Positions 35,216-43,795 of a DNA stretch of 64,000 bases are shown piece by piece. The notes below the pieces were generated by a model that saw only the letters and a program-made list of their open reading frames with translations, was not told the DNA's origin and did not search any database. The number at the start of each line of letters is the position of its first letter. The stretch's first letter is position 1. Source of the DNA: Candidatus Gottesmanbacteria bacterium (GTDB lineage Bacteria; Patescibacteriota; Microgenomatia; 2-02-FULL-39-11); NCBI GenBank assembly GCA_016195685.1, contig JACPZE010000044.1, positions 633 to 64,632 on the forward strand. The letters are read 5' to 3'. The translations under genes and the position numbers were made by a program.

Positions 35216-37583
35216 TTTTCTTTCGAAAAATAATAAAAATTATTCCCAAGATTATTTCTCCGGCTAAAAGAAAAACTTTCAACTTATTCGGTTCATAGGT
35301 AAATTCCACTGTGTGAGTTCCGGGTGTGACTGGAGTAGCTAGATAAAATGGGAACACTGCGAATTTACTTGCCTCGTTTCCATCCAACTTTACCTTCCAA
35401 TCAGGATGGTAACTCATCTTAAACATGGCATAACAATATTTACAGTTATTCGGTACTTCAATTGTGGCGGAAAATGTTTGTTTTGATTGATTATCTTTGA
35501 TTATTTTTCCGGAAGGAGTAGATTCTGGAAACATGAGAGGAAAATCCGCGAATATATTCTTGGATTGCCCGTTTTCTATATAATTTGTTTCATCAGTCAT
35601 GGTTAAAACTCTTTGCATGTTTTGTGGAATAGTAGGATTATTCTCTACAGAGATAAGAGGGTGCATTTTCCACCTTCGGGTGTAGGAATTCCACCAATAA
35701 TGGACAAGGTTTAGATAATTCGTCTTATCGCTTTTTACCATCATTGGAGAAGTTACCACATCAAACCAACCGGTAGTAGGTGCCTGGAAAAGATTAAACG
35801 GGCCGTATTTATCAACCAATTTTAGACTAGATGCGAAACCTTCATTTTTCGCAGCTACAGCATATTTTATATTCAGCAGATCAAAGTCCAAAGCCTCTCT
35901 TTCATCAAAATCCTGCTCGTTTTCAGAAAGGGGCGACCAGGTTTCTGGTAGGAATTGGCTGATGTCATATCCTATACCTCCAAATAAAAGATAAAGTTCT
36001 GTTGATCCAAGTCTGAAATTTTTGCCCCAATTTCCAGGCCTTCCGGCATAGATTCTTCCGCGTGGAAGGGAATCGATCTTTGCGAGTAGATTTTGGAAAT
36101 TATGTTCATCATAGCGGTAGGCATCATTCGCCTGGTAAATCCATTTGTTATTTAAAGTGGCATAATCAGCAGTTTGTTTGGTAGTTATGTAGATCAAAAA
36201 GGATGCGAATATAAATAATAAGATATAAAAGACTATATTGAGATTTGGATTCACAGCCTCAATACCGAATTTCTCATCTGCGCGGGTTCTGCCGCGAAAG
36301 TATCCCAACTTCGTCCCGCTAAGCGGGACTACGTTTGGGAGTCCCTCCTTCGCGCCACCCACAGTTAATAATTTTGATATTTTATATTTGATTTTTGATA
36401 TAAACGAAAATAAATATTCCAACCCAGCTGGAATTAAGAATAGTGCTGCAATATGTACCCCCACTATAAATCTATGCTGGTGAAAGTCTTTCATACCGGG
36501 GATAAGATCGATCAGTCCTCCCCAAGTTGTTCTGCCAAAATATAAAATCATCCAGAAAGCAAAAAGAAGAGAAAAAGGAAAATATTTCCTGCGGATAGTC
36601 AGGACAAAAAAACCTGCCAAAACAAGAATAGTTACAATAGGGAATCTCTGCCAGTCAAAAATCTCCCCTGCAAACAGTTGTCTTGCCACTTCATACCATC
36701 CGTATGAATTGAATTTCCAGATAGGATCCCAGAAAGAGATGATGTGATATTGATTATTTAAAAGAATGGGAATAATCCAATATGAAAGAATTAAGAAACA
36801 TGAAGCAAGAATGAAGAATAATTTCTTACCCCTATTTATTATTTGAGATAAATTTAAATCTAGAAATATAAAAGGTATGGTAGAGAGAAATCCTATTATT
36901 CCGATACCTAGGTGTCCCATGACTGTGAGGGTGAGAAATATTATCGATTTTAAGGTGTATTTATTCCACAACTTGTAATCCTTACTACTTGATTCGTCAC
37001 CGATTAATGCCCTATAAGTAAAAGCAATTCCGAGTGGTAGGAAAATAAGTGCATAAAGCTGTGAAGTGAGTCCGTAGCCTCGCCAAAGGTAACTTGGCGG
37101 GTCAATACCGTAAAGTCCGTCTGTTGAGTAGTGAGCAGAGAAGAACGCTCCTAAAGCAGCCAAGATGGGTGAGAAACCAACTATTCTGAGAGCTAAAAAA
37201 ACAGATAGAGGAAAAAGACTTAGCAGTAAGTATTTTGTCCAATTATAGTAATTGTAAATTGAAAATTGAGAATTGAAAATTGAAGAGATGGGTTTAATAA
37301 AAAGATGATATGAGGAGACAATTGTTATTTGAGGTATATGACTGTAATAAAATGGAAGGGGATAACCTTCAGCCCAATTGGTTACATTATGGTCGATAAG
37401 ATTAGGTAAGCAAGATAAAGATAGTGGGCAACCGTAATTTTCCCAAACCCAATTGGTTCTGCCTACCAAAGAAAATTGAAAAATATTATCATTTGGATCA
37501 GCCAAGATTTGAGTCTCCGGATAGTTGAGCCAGAGATTAAAGATTATTGTTGCTGCTAATATTAAATAGGCGATGTATTTCAT
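35208..37583 (-). CDS. YfhO-like GT-C membrane protein
   Basis: W.EGYPL..YY, many TMs, C-terminal SYHPDWKV.LDG...V.PGTHTVEFTY. Confidence 0.75.
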   Translation of the reverse strand: MKYIAYLILAATIIFNLWLNYPETQILADPNDNIFQFSLVGRTNWVWENYGCPLSLSCLPNLIDHNVTNWAEGYPLPFYYSHIPQITIVSSYHLFIKPISSIFNSQFSIYNYYNWTKYLLLSLFPLSVFLALRIVGFSPILAALGAFFSAHYSTDGLYGIDPPSYLWRGYGLTSQLYALIFLPLGIAFTYRALIGDESSSKDYKLWNKYTLKSIIFLTLTVMGHLGIGIIGFLSTIPFIFLDLNLSQIINRGKKLFFILASCFLILSYWIIPILLNNQYHIISFWDPIWKFNSYGWYEVARQLFAGEIFDWQRFPIVTILVLAGFFVLTIRRKYFPFSLLFAFWMILYFGRTTWGGLIDLIPGMKDFHQHRFIVGVHIAALFLIPAGLEYLFSFISKIKYKISKLLTVGGAKEGLPNVVPLSGTKLGYFRGRTRADEKFGIEAVNPNLNIVFYILLFIFASFLIYITTKQTADYATLNNKWIYQANDAYRYDEHNFQNLLAKIDSLPRGRIYAGRPGNWGKNFRLGSTELYLLFGGIGYDISQFLPETWSPLSENEQDFDEREALDFDLLNIKYAVAAKNEGFASSLKLVDKYGPFNLFQAPTTGWFDVVTSPMMVKSDKTNYLNLVHYWWNSYTRRWKMHPLISVENNPTIPQNMQRVLTMTDETNYIENGQSKNIFADFPLMFPESTPSGKIIKDNQSKQTFSATIEVPNNCKYCYAMFKMSYHPDWKVKLDGNEASKFAVFPFYLATPVTPGTHTVEFTYEPNKLKVFLLAGEIILGIIFIIFRKKIS
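36282..36367 (-). repeat. Palindromic element family A, copy 3 (in frame) with an extra inner hairpin
   Basis: gcgggttctgccgc...tatcccaac-[gtcccgc taa gcgggac]-gtttggga..ccctccttcgcgccaccc; peptide TVGGAKEGLPNVVPLSGTKLGYFRGRTR. Confidence 0.85.
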
Positions 37584-39412
37584 TTATAAAGTACTGGGTT
37601 TAACCAGTCCGCGTGATCACTATTTATTCCGTCTCCTGCGTCTGTCACCATGAGTCCTAGAAATTTAACACCAGTTATATTCAAATTTACATGATTTGGG
37701 TAATCAAATCGGCCCATTCTTTTACTTTCAAAAAGTTTTTTTGTATCACCGTAAATGATAAAGACCGAAGAAGCAGGAGTGGCAGCTTCGGTGTCTATCC
37801 CAAAATCTGTAGAAAAACTTGTGAATTTCTTATCAATATCAAAAACCAAATTTGAGTTGGCATGAGTGCCGAAGCCTTTGCGGTAGAATAAGTAATTATT
37901 AGATAGTCTACTCCATGATTTAAAACCAGCGGAAGAATTTACTGATTGGTTTACTTGTAGTACGCCATAGTCTTGTTTGATCAGGACTGGTTTGAATAAA
38001 GTGAGTGAAATTGGTTTGCCAAAAATATAAGGGATGTTGAGAATTATTAAACAGACAACAATAAAAAAAGAACTCATGACAAAATATAAATATGATATTT
38101 GAGAGAATATATATGGCAGAAGGAGAAAGAATAAAAGAATTAGAAAGAAGGAATTAAAAATTGTCATTGGAACAGTAGTTAATCGTGTCAATAATTGGAA
38201 TCCATTTTGGGGATAATTTATTATCAGTCCATAATGCATGTTGAAAAAGATGGTGAAGGTAAGGAGGAGATATATGATCCAAAAATATTTTCCATTTCCG
38301 AAGAGACCACGGAAATTATATTTTTGATATTTAATATTTGATATCTCTAGAAAAGGATAGAGGAATAATAACAATACTATTACAGGATAGCTATATCTTT
38401 CGTGGCTTTGAGTAGTGAAGAGGAAAAAGGCAAAAATACCAAGCGATAATGATAATAAGAAATTTCGAGCAGTTGGTTTCAGAAATACAAGGATAGTTGA
38501 GAGAAGATAGAAACTAGAGAAAAGAATTAATCCAACAGTTTTGGCGTTCAGTATCCCCAAAATTGTTAATCTATCTGTCGCAGGCATTCCATGACCTTTG
38601 GCTACAATCCACCAGAGATTATGAGCATTAAGAGATAGCCACGGGAAATAGTCACCGTTGACGGTAAGAAGATAAAGTACTTGATTCATTTGGTGTTCCC
38701 AGATGAAAGGAAGGTTTAAGAAGAAAAAAGTTGCAACAGACATAGCCACACTTTTGATCATGGTATTTATATCGAAATACCGCCAGATAAAGATAAAATA
38801 GATAGGGATAAAAATGATATTTTGTAGTTTCATCATTGTTCCGGTAGTGAATAAAATGGTAGCAAGATGTGGACGCCGATAGAATAGAAGAATAATTGCA
38901 ACAAGGGTAAAAAGTATACCGAAAGACTCAACTTGTCCCCATATAGAAGAATCAAGGATAACGATAGGATTTAGGAAGAACGCAGAAGAAAGGAGAAGGG
39001 GAAGTATAGAGTATACTCTTGAATTTTTTTCGATAATTTCAGCACCAAGTTGTTTTAGTTTTTCTTTCTGTGAGAAAAACCAATATATGAGCCAGGCTAT
39101 CGCTACATCCGATATTATCGCCACAGATTTGGATACTGCCAGGAATCCGAAATTATTTTGCCGCCAAAAATTATTGAAATTGTGTGGATCGCCAATGAGA
39201 GAATAAGCTTTACCCATAAGCCAAAGCACGTAAAGGAATGCAGGAGGGTAGTTCGTGTTCGTATTTAGAGATGCCCATACTACGCCATGATCTGCTGCGG
39301 CTAGCCCCCAAGATTTCCAGAAAGAAATATCCGCCAAAAAACCCGTATTGCCGATAAAAAGGATTCTTAAGACTAATCCGATAAAGAGGATAAAGAGGAA
39401 TTTTTTAGACAT
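37580..39412 (-). CDS. GT-C mannosyltransferase-like protein with C-terminal NPCBM carbohydrate-binding domain
   Basis: D...WKSW...NYPP..LY; DSSIWGQVES; HERY; KGFGTHANS...GDGINSDHADWLNP. Confidence 0.85.
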   Translation of the reverse strand: MSKKFLFILFIGLVLRILFIGNTGFLADISFWKSWGLAAADHGVVWASLNTNTNYPPAFLYVLWLMGKAYSLIGDPHNFNNFWRQNNFGFLAVSKSVAIISDVAIAWLIYWFFSQKEKLKQLGAEIIEKNSRVYSILPLLLSSAFFLNPIVILDSSIWGQVESFGILFTLVAIILLFYRRPHLATILFTTGTMMKLQNIIFIPIYFIFIWRYFDINTMIKSVAMSVATFFFLNLPFIWEHQMNQVLYLLTVNGDYFPWLSLNAHNLWWIVAKGHGMPATDRLTILGILNAKTVGLILFSSFYLLSTILVFLKPTARNFLLSLSLGIFAFFLFTTQSHERYSYPVIVLLLFLYPFLEISNIKYQKYNFRGLFGNGKYFWIIYLLLTFTIFFNMHYGLIINYPQNGFQLLTRLTTVPMTIFNSFFLILLFFLLLPYIFSQISYLYFVMSSFFIVVCLIILNIPYIFGKPISLTLFKPVLIKQDYGVLQVNQSVNSSAGFKSWSRLSNNYLFYRKGFGTHANSNLVFDIDKKFTSFSTDFGIDTEAATPASSVFIIYGDTKKLFESKRMGRFDYPNHVNLNITGVKFLGLMVTDAGDGINSDHADWLNPVLYK

Positions 39413-39429
39413 GTGTTTATTATTATAAT

Positions 39430-39615
39430 TTAAGGAGTAGGAGTAGGGCTAGGGCCAAGGTAGGTAGATCCTGCAGGTATAATGATTCCGGAGGGTTGGC
39501 TTTGTGAATATCTGTATGATACAAAAAACGCTCCAATCAGAATCAACATACCCAAAACGACGATAATTACGAGTTTTATTTCAGAAGGATTTTCCTGGTT
39601 ATTCTCTTTATTCAT
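39430..39615 (-). CDS. Small single-TM protein
   Basis: 61 aa, one TM, IIIPAGSTYLGP. Confidence 0.6.
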   Translation of the reverse strand: MNKENNQENPSEIKLVIIVVLGMLILIGAFFVSYRYSQSQPSGIIIPAGSTYLGPSPTPTP

Positions 39616-39637
39616 TTATGCTAGAATTTTAGCATAA

Positions 39638-41275
39638 ATGGTGAAAAAATTATTAATCTTTTTAAGTATTTTCTTTGTTTTCCTCTCTTTTTATCCTACA
39701 TTGTATGAAATCCAGCAAGCTAAAAATCTGCCAAATGAACGCTTTTTTGAATTAGTTCATAATTATGTTTTTGATTACAACTTCTATCTTTCAAGAATAA
39801 AAGAAGGGCAGGAGGGGAGATGGCTCGTAATTGAAAAATATTATAACAAGCCGCATCATGGTTCATTTTTTCAGATTTTTTATCTTTATCTAGGTAAGAT
39901 AGGTGGAATATTTCATCAGTCTAATGTGGTGATTTATCATGTCGCAAGAGTAATCCTGGGGCTTATATTATTACTACTAATCAGTAAATTAGTAATGAAT
40001 CTTTTCCCGAATTGGTGGAGTGTAGTTTCTTTTTTGATGATAGTTACTGTTGGAAGCTGGCCAATACTGATAAAACTGGGAGATGGTTGGCGTTTTGCCT
40101 CTCATTGGGGTGGGTGGTCGGTGATAGATAGTTTGCAGAGAATTACTTTTATCCCTCATGTAGTTTTTGGACAGATATTCTTGGTATTTTTTATCTGGAA
40201 ATTTGGTTTAAATCCCCAAAAAGAAAAAATTACCAGTTGGTTTTGGTGGTGGAATCTGGGTCTTCTCGCAGGGATAATATTTCCACCTGCCATCATCATA
40301 ATTTATGCGATTTTTGTAGTTTTATCTTTGTTGGAAATTATTGGAAATAAGTCAAATAAGGAATTTAAGTCACTTATTTTACCAAGAGTAGTCTTTATAA
40401 TCTTTTCTCTTCCTGCGCTTTTATATTTGCAGATCATGTTTAAAATAGAACCATGGAAAGCTCTATCACTATTTGACATCCAGCATAGGTCGATATTACC
40501 TTACTCTGAGTATGCCTTAGCATTGGGACCGATGTTGCCTTTAGGCTTGGTAGGATTATTTCTTGCTTTATATAAAAAAGAAAAAAAGTTTTATCCTTTC
40601 GCCGCATGGATAATAGCGTTGGGCTTTTTATTTCTAGTTTTTGAACACATACCACAACAATCTCCCACGCGTTTTACCCAGATGCTCATAAACATCCCCT
40701 TGGGCATTTTAGCGACTTATCTTTTTCATAATTTATGGCAGATTCGTGGTCGGTTGACAAGATTAGTCAGAGGAATAACAGTTATAATGTTTATAGCTGT
40801 TATATTACTTGGTTTTAGCGTAATGCTTTCAGAGTTGGGATGGCTTACGGACCAGGTAAGGTGGAAAAGGGAAGGGACCTGGCTTTATCCTGTCGGGGCG
40901 GAGCTGGTTTATCCGCTGAAAGACTTTATGAATGGTGTTTATTTTCTGAAGGATAATACTAGGCTGGAAGACATTGTTTTAGCTTATGAAGCTGCAGGAA
41001 ATTATATTCCCGCTTATGCCGGTAATTTTGTGTATTTAGGTCATGCCAACACACCGGATGAAGATGGAAAGTTATTAGTCGCAAACAAGTTTTTCAGCGG
41101 GAAAATGATACAAGCTGAAGCAAAAGGATTTCTTGAACGCGAAAACATCAAATACATCTATTTTGGTCCCCAAGAGAAGGAATTAAGTGACCTTACTGAC
41201 TTGTCGACAGTTTATAAATTCATTACTGCTACATACAGTAATAGTCGAGTAATTATCTATAAATTAAGTTTATAA
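39638..41275 (+). CDS. Polytopic membrane protein, GT-C-like
   Basis: DYNFYLSRIKEG...W; GNYIPAYAGN.VYLGH; paralog of 41257..43005. Confidence 0.7.
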   Translation: MVKKLLIFLSIFFVFLSFYPTLYEIQQAKNLPNERFFELVHNYVFDYNFYLSRIKEGQEGRWLVIEKYYNKPHHGSFFQIFYLYLGKIGGIFHQSNVVIYHVARVILGLILLLLISKLVMNLFPNWWSVVSFLMIVTVGSWPILIKLGDGWRFASHWGGWSVIDSLQRITFIPHVVFGQIFLVFFIWKFGLNPQKEKITSWFWWWNLGLLAGIIFPPAIIIIYAIFVVLSLLEIIGNKSNKEFKSLILPRVVFIIFSLPALLYLQIMFKIEPWKALSLFDIQHRSILPYSEYALALGPMLPLGLVGLFLALYKKEKKFYPFAAWIIALGFLFLVFEHIPQQSPTRFTQMLINIPLGILATYLFHNLWQIRGRLTRLVRGITVIMFIAVILLGFSVMLSELGWLTDQVRWKREGTWLYPVGAELVYPLKDFMNGVYFLKDNTRLEDIVLAYEAAGNYIPAYAGNFVYLGHANTPDEDGKLLVANKFFSGKMIQAEAKGFLERENIKYIYFGPQEKELSDLTDLSTVYKFITATYSNSRVIIYKLSL

Positions 41276-43005
41276 ATCGTCACCGCTTCTTTATCGTAAA
41301 CTGGTTTCAAAAGAGTAGGGTAAAGATAATTTTTGGCAAAAGGTTTTTCTTCCGGGCCTTGGAATACTAGAGCAATTTTATTACTCACAAGGAAGTTTTT
41401 AGCTTCTTCTGTGGTCATTTTATCTTCAAATAATCTTTGTGTATCATTTTCCTTTTCCTGCTCTTTATATGTATAGCCAAAATGGCCGATAAAACTGATC
41501 GTATTGGTATATGCTGGCAAATAATTTCCGGTATAAAAGGTAGAGAGTGTAACTGATTTGGTTGGATAATTTAGGTTTATGAAATTAAAAGCATCAAAAA
41601 TCCTATTATCCAGATAAACATTGCCATAAAATGGCCAGTATTCCCTGATCTGATCTTTGATACTCCAGTAAAGGGTGGGGTAAGTAAATATAATAAATAA
41701 CGTAATACTAGTAAGAGCAACTAAATTTGAAATTTGAAATTTGAAATTTGAAATGAAATCTAAATTTTTAATATTTAATTTTTGAAAATTCAATGAAAAT
41801 TTAAAATTGAAAATTGAAAATTGTTTAAGAAACTTTTCAATAGTCTTAATTCCCAGTATTGCTAGTATTGCCAATGGTAAATATGGTACCCCCTGTATTA
41901 AGCGGACATTTGAAAGATTTAATTTTGGAGCGATAGGTATAAAAAGAAGTGGAATTACTAACCAGCAAAGGATAAATATGTTTTCAAACTTTTTGGATTT
42001 TATGGTCTGATAAATTTCCATGATAGAAAATGGTAGAAGAATACCCAGCGCTCCAATTAGCTCTCTATCGAGGGGAAACTGCAGGTTTTTCTCCCAGTCG
42101 ATATACTGGCTCCAGGGAAAACCATTCTTGGTTTGAGAAACCATAAACAATAAAAATATTAACCCAATAACCCAATAACCCAATAACCCAATCAGTTTTG
42201 ACTTTTGAATTTTAACTTTTGAATTTTGGCCATTGGAAATATTTAAAAAGTAGTAAATCAACATGCTAGAAGGAATTATTAATAAGATGATCAGTAAGCT
42301 CGGTGTATGTACAAATGCCATAATTGCGCTAAGTAGAATGAGCCAGAATAGATATTTTCGTTGGGGTTTATTGATATATTTGAAAATGACAATTATTGAA
42401 GTGACAAGTAGAAATCCCCCCAACATGTGATGCGGTAGAAATGCGGCCCTTCTTACAGGATCGATGCCATTCCACCAATGCATGTAAGGTACTGACCGAA
42501 GAGTTCCATAATCATTGATAGTATGCATAAATGGTGAAGCAAATAAAAAGAAAAAGTATGTAAGATTTGGATATGGAATTTTGAGATATAAAATCAGGTA
42601 GTAAGAAGTAATAAGTAGGATTAAACCAAGAATAATTCTAGTCAGGTGATAGGTATAAGGATACCAAAGACCCAATATTTTGCTTAATCTACCAAGCCAC
42701 AAAAAGTAAGAAAAAATTATAGATGGTTGATGTCCTTCAGAAGTGTAAGGATCGTAAGTCATCCAAGCGCCATTTGCCCCTTCATTCATAAGAGAGAGAT
42801 AGAAGTAATAGTCTTGGGTATTGTTATGAATTAACGTCAAGGTACGGCCGGGAGGAGTATGTCTGACTTGCATGATCATCGGAGTGAGGTTGAGGGCAAG
42901 AATAAATAAAGTGGCGAGAACAAAAAAAACAATTTTTGATTTGAGGATTTTTAATATCACTGAGAATTTATTGTAAATTGTAAATTGTAAATTGTAAATT
43001 ACCAA
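41257..43005 (-). CDS. Polytopic membrane protein, GT-C-like, with microsatellite inserts
   Basis: DYYFYLSLMNEG..GAW; GNYLPAYT....FIGH; true start uncertain. Confidence 0.7.
   Translation of the reverse strand: MVIYNLQFTIYNKFSVILKILKSKIVFFVLATLFILALNLTPMIMQVRHTPPGRTLTLIHNNTQDYYFYLSLMNEGANGAWMTYDPYTSEGHQPSIIFSYFLWLGRLSKILGLWYPYTYHLTRIILGLILLITSYYLILYLKIPYPNLTYFFFLFASPFMHTINDYGTLRSVPYMHWWNGIDPVRRAAFLPHHMLGGFLLVTSIIVIFKYINKPQRKYLFWLILLSAIMAFVHTPSLLIILLIIPSSMLIYYFLNISNGQNSKVKIQKSKLIGLLGYWVIGLIFLLFMVSQTKNGFPWSQYIDWEKNLQFPLDRELIGALGILLPFSIMEIYQTIKSKKFENIFILCWLVIPLLFIPIAPKLNLSNVRLIQGVPYLPLAILAILGIKTIEKFLKQFSIFNFKFSLNFQKLNIKNLDFISNFKFQISNLVALTSITLFIIFTYPTLYWSIKDQIREYWPFYGNVYLDNRIFDAFNFINLNYPTKSVTLSTFYTGNYLPAYTNTISFIGHFGYTYKEQEKENDTQRLFEDKMTTEEAKNFLVSNKIALVFQGPEEKPFAKNYLYPTLLKPVYDKEAVTIYKLNL
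41723..41823. repeat. In-frame compound heptamer tract homologous to 1501..1591
   Basis: Encodes QFSIFNFKFSLNFQKLNIKNLDFISNFKFQISNL. Confidence 0.85.
42161..42229. repeat. In-frame octamer (AACCCAAT)x4 plus adjacent heptamer tract
   Basis: Encodes QNSKVKIQKSKLIGLLGYWVIGL. Confidence 0.85.
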
Positions 43006-43033
43006 GAGAATCTGTTATCATCCGCCTAAGATT

Positions 43034-43795
43034 ATGTCAAAAGTTACACCTTCAATATCTGTTTTTTTTCCATTTTTAAACGACTGGGGGACGGTGGGGA
43101 GTCTTGTGGGAATAGCAATATCGACAGTGAGTAAACTCACAAATGATTGGGAGATATTAATTGTTAATGACGGCAGTAATCCACAAGATAGGCATGCATT
43201 AGATGAAATTGTCCAACAGATAAATCCGCAATCTGCCATCCGCAATCCGAAAATAAATAGGATTAAAATTATTGATCATGAAGAAAATAGAGGATACGGG
43301 GGGGCATTAAGAACAGGGTTTAATGAGGCGAAAAAAGACCTGGTATTTTATACAGATTGTGATGCACAGTATGATCCTAGAGAGCTTGCGAACTTATATA
43401 ATGCACTAAAACCCAATGTTGGGATGGTTAATGGTTATAAAATCAAAAGAAGTGACCCTTGGTTTAGAATTGTTACGGGTAGAATTTATCACTATTTCGT
43501 TAAATACGCATTTGGATTACCTATACGGGATACGGATTGTGATTTCAGGTTGATAAGAAGAGAAGTATTCAAAAAGGTTAAACTATTTGAAAATACAGGT
43601 ACGATCTGTGTGGAACTGGTGAAGAAAATAGATCATTTTGGGTTTAAAATTGCCGAAGTACCTGTACATCATTATTGGAGAACAAGCGGTAAAAGCCAGT
43701 TTTTTAATTTCAAAAGATTAAATAAAACCGGCATAAACCTTTTTAAACTTTGGTGGAGACTGATGATTGTACAAAATTACACTTCCTCAAGATGA
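43034..43795 (+). CDS. GT2 glycosyltransferase (DPM-synthase-like)
   Basis: IVNDGS, NRGYGGAL, YTDCDAQY, DTDCDFRL; (AATCCGC)x4 insert at 43223..43250. Confidence 0.9.
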   Translation: MSKVTPSISVFFPFLNDWGTVGSLVGIAISTVSKLTNDWEILIVNDGSNPQDRHALDEIVQQINPQSAIRNPKINRIKIIDHEENRGYGGALRTGFNEAKKDLVFYTDCDAQYDPRELANLYNALKPNVGMVNGYKIKRSDPWFRIVTGRIYHYFVKYAFGLPIRDTDCDFRLIRREVFKKVKLFENTGTICVELVKKIDHFGFKIAEVPVHHYWRTSGKSQFFNFKRLNKTGINLFKLWWRLMIVQNYTSSR

